From an uncultured delta proteobacterium (lineage in GTDB: Bacteria > Desulfobacterota > Desulfuromonadia > Geobacterales > DSM-12255), in assembly GCA_963787125.1 (NCBI GenBank), contig CAWBBV010000007.1, positions 384,001-448,000 of the forward strand: a stretch of 64,000 nucleotides of DNA. Reading direction: 5' to 3'. This document shows, piece by piece, positions 62,144 to 64,000 of the stretch. The stretch's first letter is position 1, and every line of letters begins with the position of its first letter. The position numbers and the translations under genes were made by a program. The notes under the pieces are model-generated. The model was not told where the DNA came from. It did no database searches and saw only the letters and a program-made list of their open reading frames with translations.

Positions 62144-64000
62144 ATGAAACTAAGAAGCGCTCTCCTTCTTGTAGTGGCTGGAACAGTTTGTGCGCTGAGT
62201 AGCCTACTCAGTCCGCAGCTGGCATCAGCGTCAGTGGATGCCGCCACCCAGTGGCCGTCAATGCCGCCAATTGTCAGTAACGCTGCCGCAGTTGGTAACG
62301 TTTCTGGTAAGTTTACCGCCGGAGCCGGCAATAACAGGCTCTTGCTGGTGGCGGTGGCGACCGAGTATACATCCGGTAATCCGGTAATTGCTGTTGGTGG
62401 AGTGACTTACGGTGGCACGGCGTTGACAAATATAGCCGCGGCGACTAACACCACCGGCCTCAACAAGATCTGGGTAGGCTATCTAGTGCTTGGAACGGCA
62501 ACCGCGAGTTCGACAGCTACCATAGCGGTGACAAACACCGGTACAGCCGGACTAGTTGCTACTTATGTTACAGCAGCTGTTTACAACGGTGTCGATCAGA
62601 CCACACCGATCAGCGGTTCCGGATCTGCTTCAGGGACAACGGCAGCTCTTACTACTACTAACTTTGCCGTGAACGGTATCAACGGCAATAACGGTCTTGG
62701 GGTTTTTATCTCAAACCGTACCAGCTCAACCCTCTCCACCACCGGAACAGCAACCAAGGTCAGGGAATATGTCGGCCTTAATATGACTTTATCTGCAGGT
62801 GCTGAATCAGTTGTCACAAACGCCGCTGATAATGAGACAGTTACTGCGGCTGCAGCAGTTTCAGGGGTTCTTGCCGGTATCGGCCTTAACCCGGTTGCAA
62901 AGGTAGCTACTCTCACAACCTGCGGTGACTGCCACGGCTATCCGCCAAATGATGGCTCAGCCCGTAACGTCCCTCCCGGGCAGTTCCTTGGTTCACACGA
63001 CAAGCACAGCGGTGCAAACGCTAACCAGTATTCATTCCTCTGCACCCAGTGTCACTACAACAATACAACCAACAAGCATCAGCAGGGTTACAAGAACATT
63101 ACCGGCAGCAGTGTGCCTGGCAATGCATACAGCGCAACCGGTGGTAAGAAAGTGGCTGATAGCAATAGCCCGGTTTTCGGTTACTGCAACAACGTCACCT
63201 GTCACAGTAACGGTAGAACAACCCCTCGCCAGTTTGCCACCGGTCTTAACTGGGGAACTGCCGATACCTGTCTCTCTTGTCACGGTGGCCGCAGCAACTC
63301 TACCAACCTGTATGCAAAAAGTACAAACAGCTTTAACCTTTCCACTACCCACGGCCAACATCTGGGCAAATACAGCTACACCCAGATTAACTGTAATATG
63401 TGCCACGGCAAGACAGCATCCAGTGCTACCGCCACCAGTGGTCATACCGCTCTTAAAGACTACTCAGGTGTTGGCTATCATGCCAACGGTTCTAAAACAG
63501 TCCTCTTTACCAATATCGCTTATGGTTCATATACCTCCTACAAGGCAAACAAAACCTGTGTAAACGTTGCTTGTCACGGTGGTAAAACCCGTGGTGTCTG
63601 GAATGAGCAGACTACAGTAAATACCGATAACACCTGCGTTCACTGTCATGGCGCTGCCGGCACTTTAGCTTCAGTTGCCAACAGTGGCTATAACCGTCGC
63701 TTCTTTGCTCCCGGCTGGAAAAAGGTCGGTACCAGCACCGACCAGACCGCCTCCACCAACGACATCAGGGTTGGCGCTCACTTCAAGCACCTTTCCAGTG
63801 CCTACATGAGAAACATAAAGTGTAATGAATGTCACCTGGTACCGCAGACTCCATTTGATGCCGGTCACACTGACACTCCTCGTTATGCCTCGCAGACGCT
63901 CTCTTTTAATCAGGCATCATCTGCTACAATCACAATTGGCGTTACTTCAGGTACTGCAATTTCACGCCTGGCCGCTTTTGGCGGCTATACTAACGGTGTT
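62144..64000 (+). CDS. Second large multiheme cytochrome of the same family, truncated by the window edge
   Basis: AGGAG RBS and ATG 62144 (MKLRSALLLVVAG...), open to the end of the window. Motifs CGDCH, CTQCH, CNNVTCH, CLSCH, CNMCH, CVNVACH, CVHCH and CNECH. Absent from the ORF track because it has no stop in the window. Confidence 0.9.
   Translation, partial: MKLRSALLLVVAGTVCALSSLLSPQLASASVDAATQWPSMPPIVSNAAAVGNVSGKFTAGAGNNRLLLVAVATEYTSGNPVIAVGGVTYGGTALTNIAAATNTTGLNKIWVGYLVLGTATASSTATIAVTNTGTAGLVATYVTAAVYNGVDQTTPISGSGSASGTTAALTTTNFAVNGINGNNGLGVFISNRTSSTLSTTGTATKVREYVGLNMTLSAGAESVVTNAADNETVTAAAAVSGVLAGIGLNPVAKVATLTTCGDCHGYPPNDGSARNVPPGQFLGSHDKHSGANANQYSFLCTQCHYNNTTNKHQQGYKNITGSSVPGNAYSATGGKKVADSNSPVFGYCNNVTCHSNGRTTPRQFATGLNWGTADTCLSCHGGRSNSTNLYAKSTNSFNLSTTHGQHLGKYSYTQINCNMCHGKTASSATATSGHTALKDYSGVGYHANGSKTVLFTNIAYGSYTSYKANKTCVNVACHGGKTRGVWNEQTTVNTDNTCVHCHGAAGTLASVANSGYNRRFFAPGWKKVGTSTDQTASTNDIRVGAHFKHLSSAYMRNIKCNECHLVPQTPFDAGHTDTPRYASQTLSFNQASSATITIGVTSGTAISRLAAFGGYTNGV

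Noticed and set aside
62925..63563. 212-aa plus-strand ORF in the track
   Set aside because: Off-frame shadow within the real cytochrome gene starting at 62144.

Overview
Chromosomal window, very probably from a Geobacteraceae/Desulfuromonadia bacterium (inferred from frdCAB, many sigma54 activators and giant CxxCH/CxxxxCH cytochromes). In order it holds: a TRAP C4-dicarboxylate transporter (dctPQ plus a partial dctM) with a sigma54 promoter and a YnfM-like MFS; a PBP-PAS-GAF kinase with a divergent sigma54 activator; a minimal chemosensory cluster (2 receivers, CheA, CheW, elongated MCP, HEAT protein, no CheR/CheB); a second HK/sigma54 pair; hpt; a HEAT plus HD-GYP pair; a ~1.9 kb islet of two PIN toxin-antitoxin modules around an IS1595-like stub; tgt; frdCAB; cysE-mnmA-mtaB; ctpA-exeA-exeB; corC; terC; tonB; a lipoprotein; an MCP carrying the same sensor domain on both sides of the membrane; MshEN/PilT/DUF4388 genes; an intact ISNCY-type element with a 6-bp target duplication; a sigma54/ANTAR-controlled porin-glnK-amtB operon; and the start of a giant multiheme cytochrome operon (a ~2675-aa protein with 43 heme-type motifs by manual count, and a second related gene running off the window). 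No rRNA, tRNA or CRISPR array was seen. Family calls rest on motifs read by eye; no searches were run. The best novelty candidates are the dual-sensor MCP, the giant cytochromes with their shared N-terminal domain and leader, and the methylation-less chemosensory cluster.
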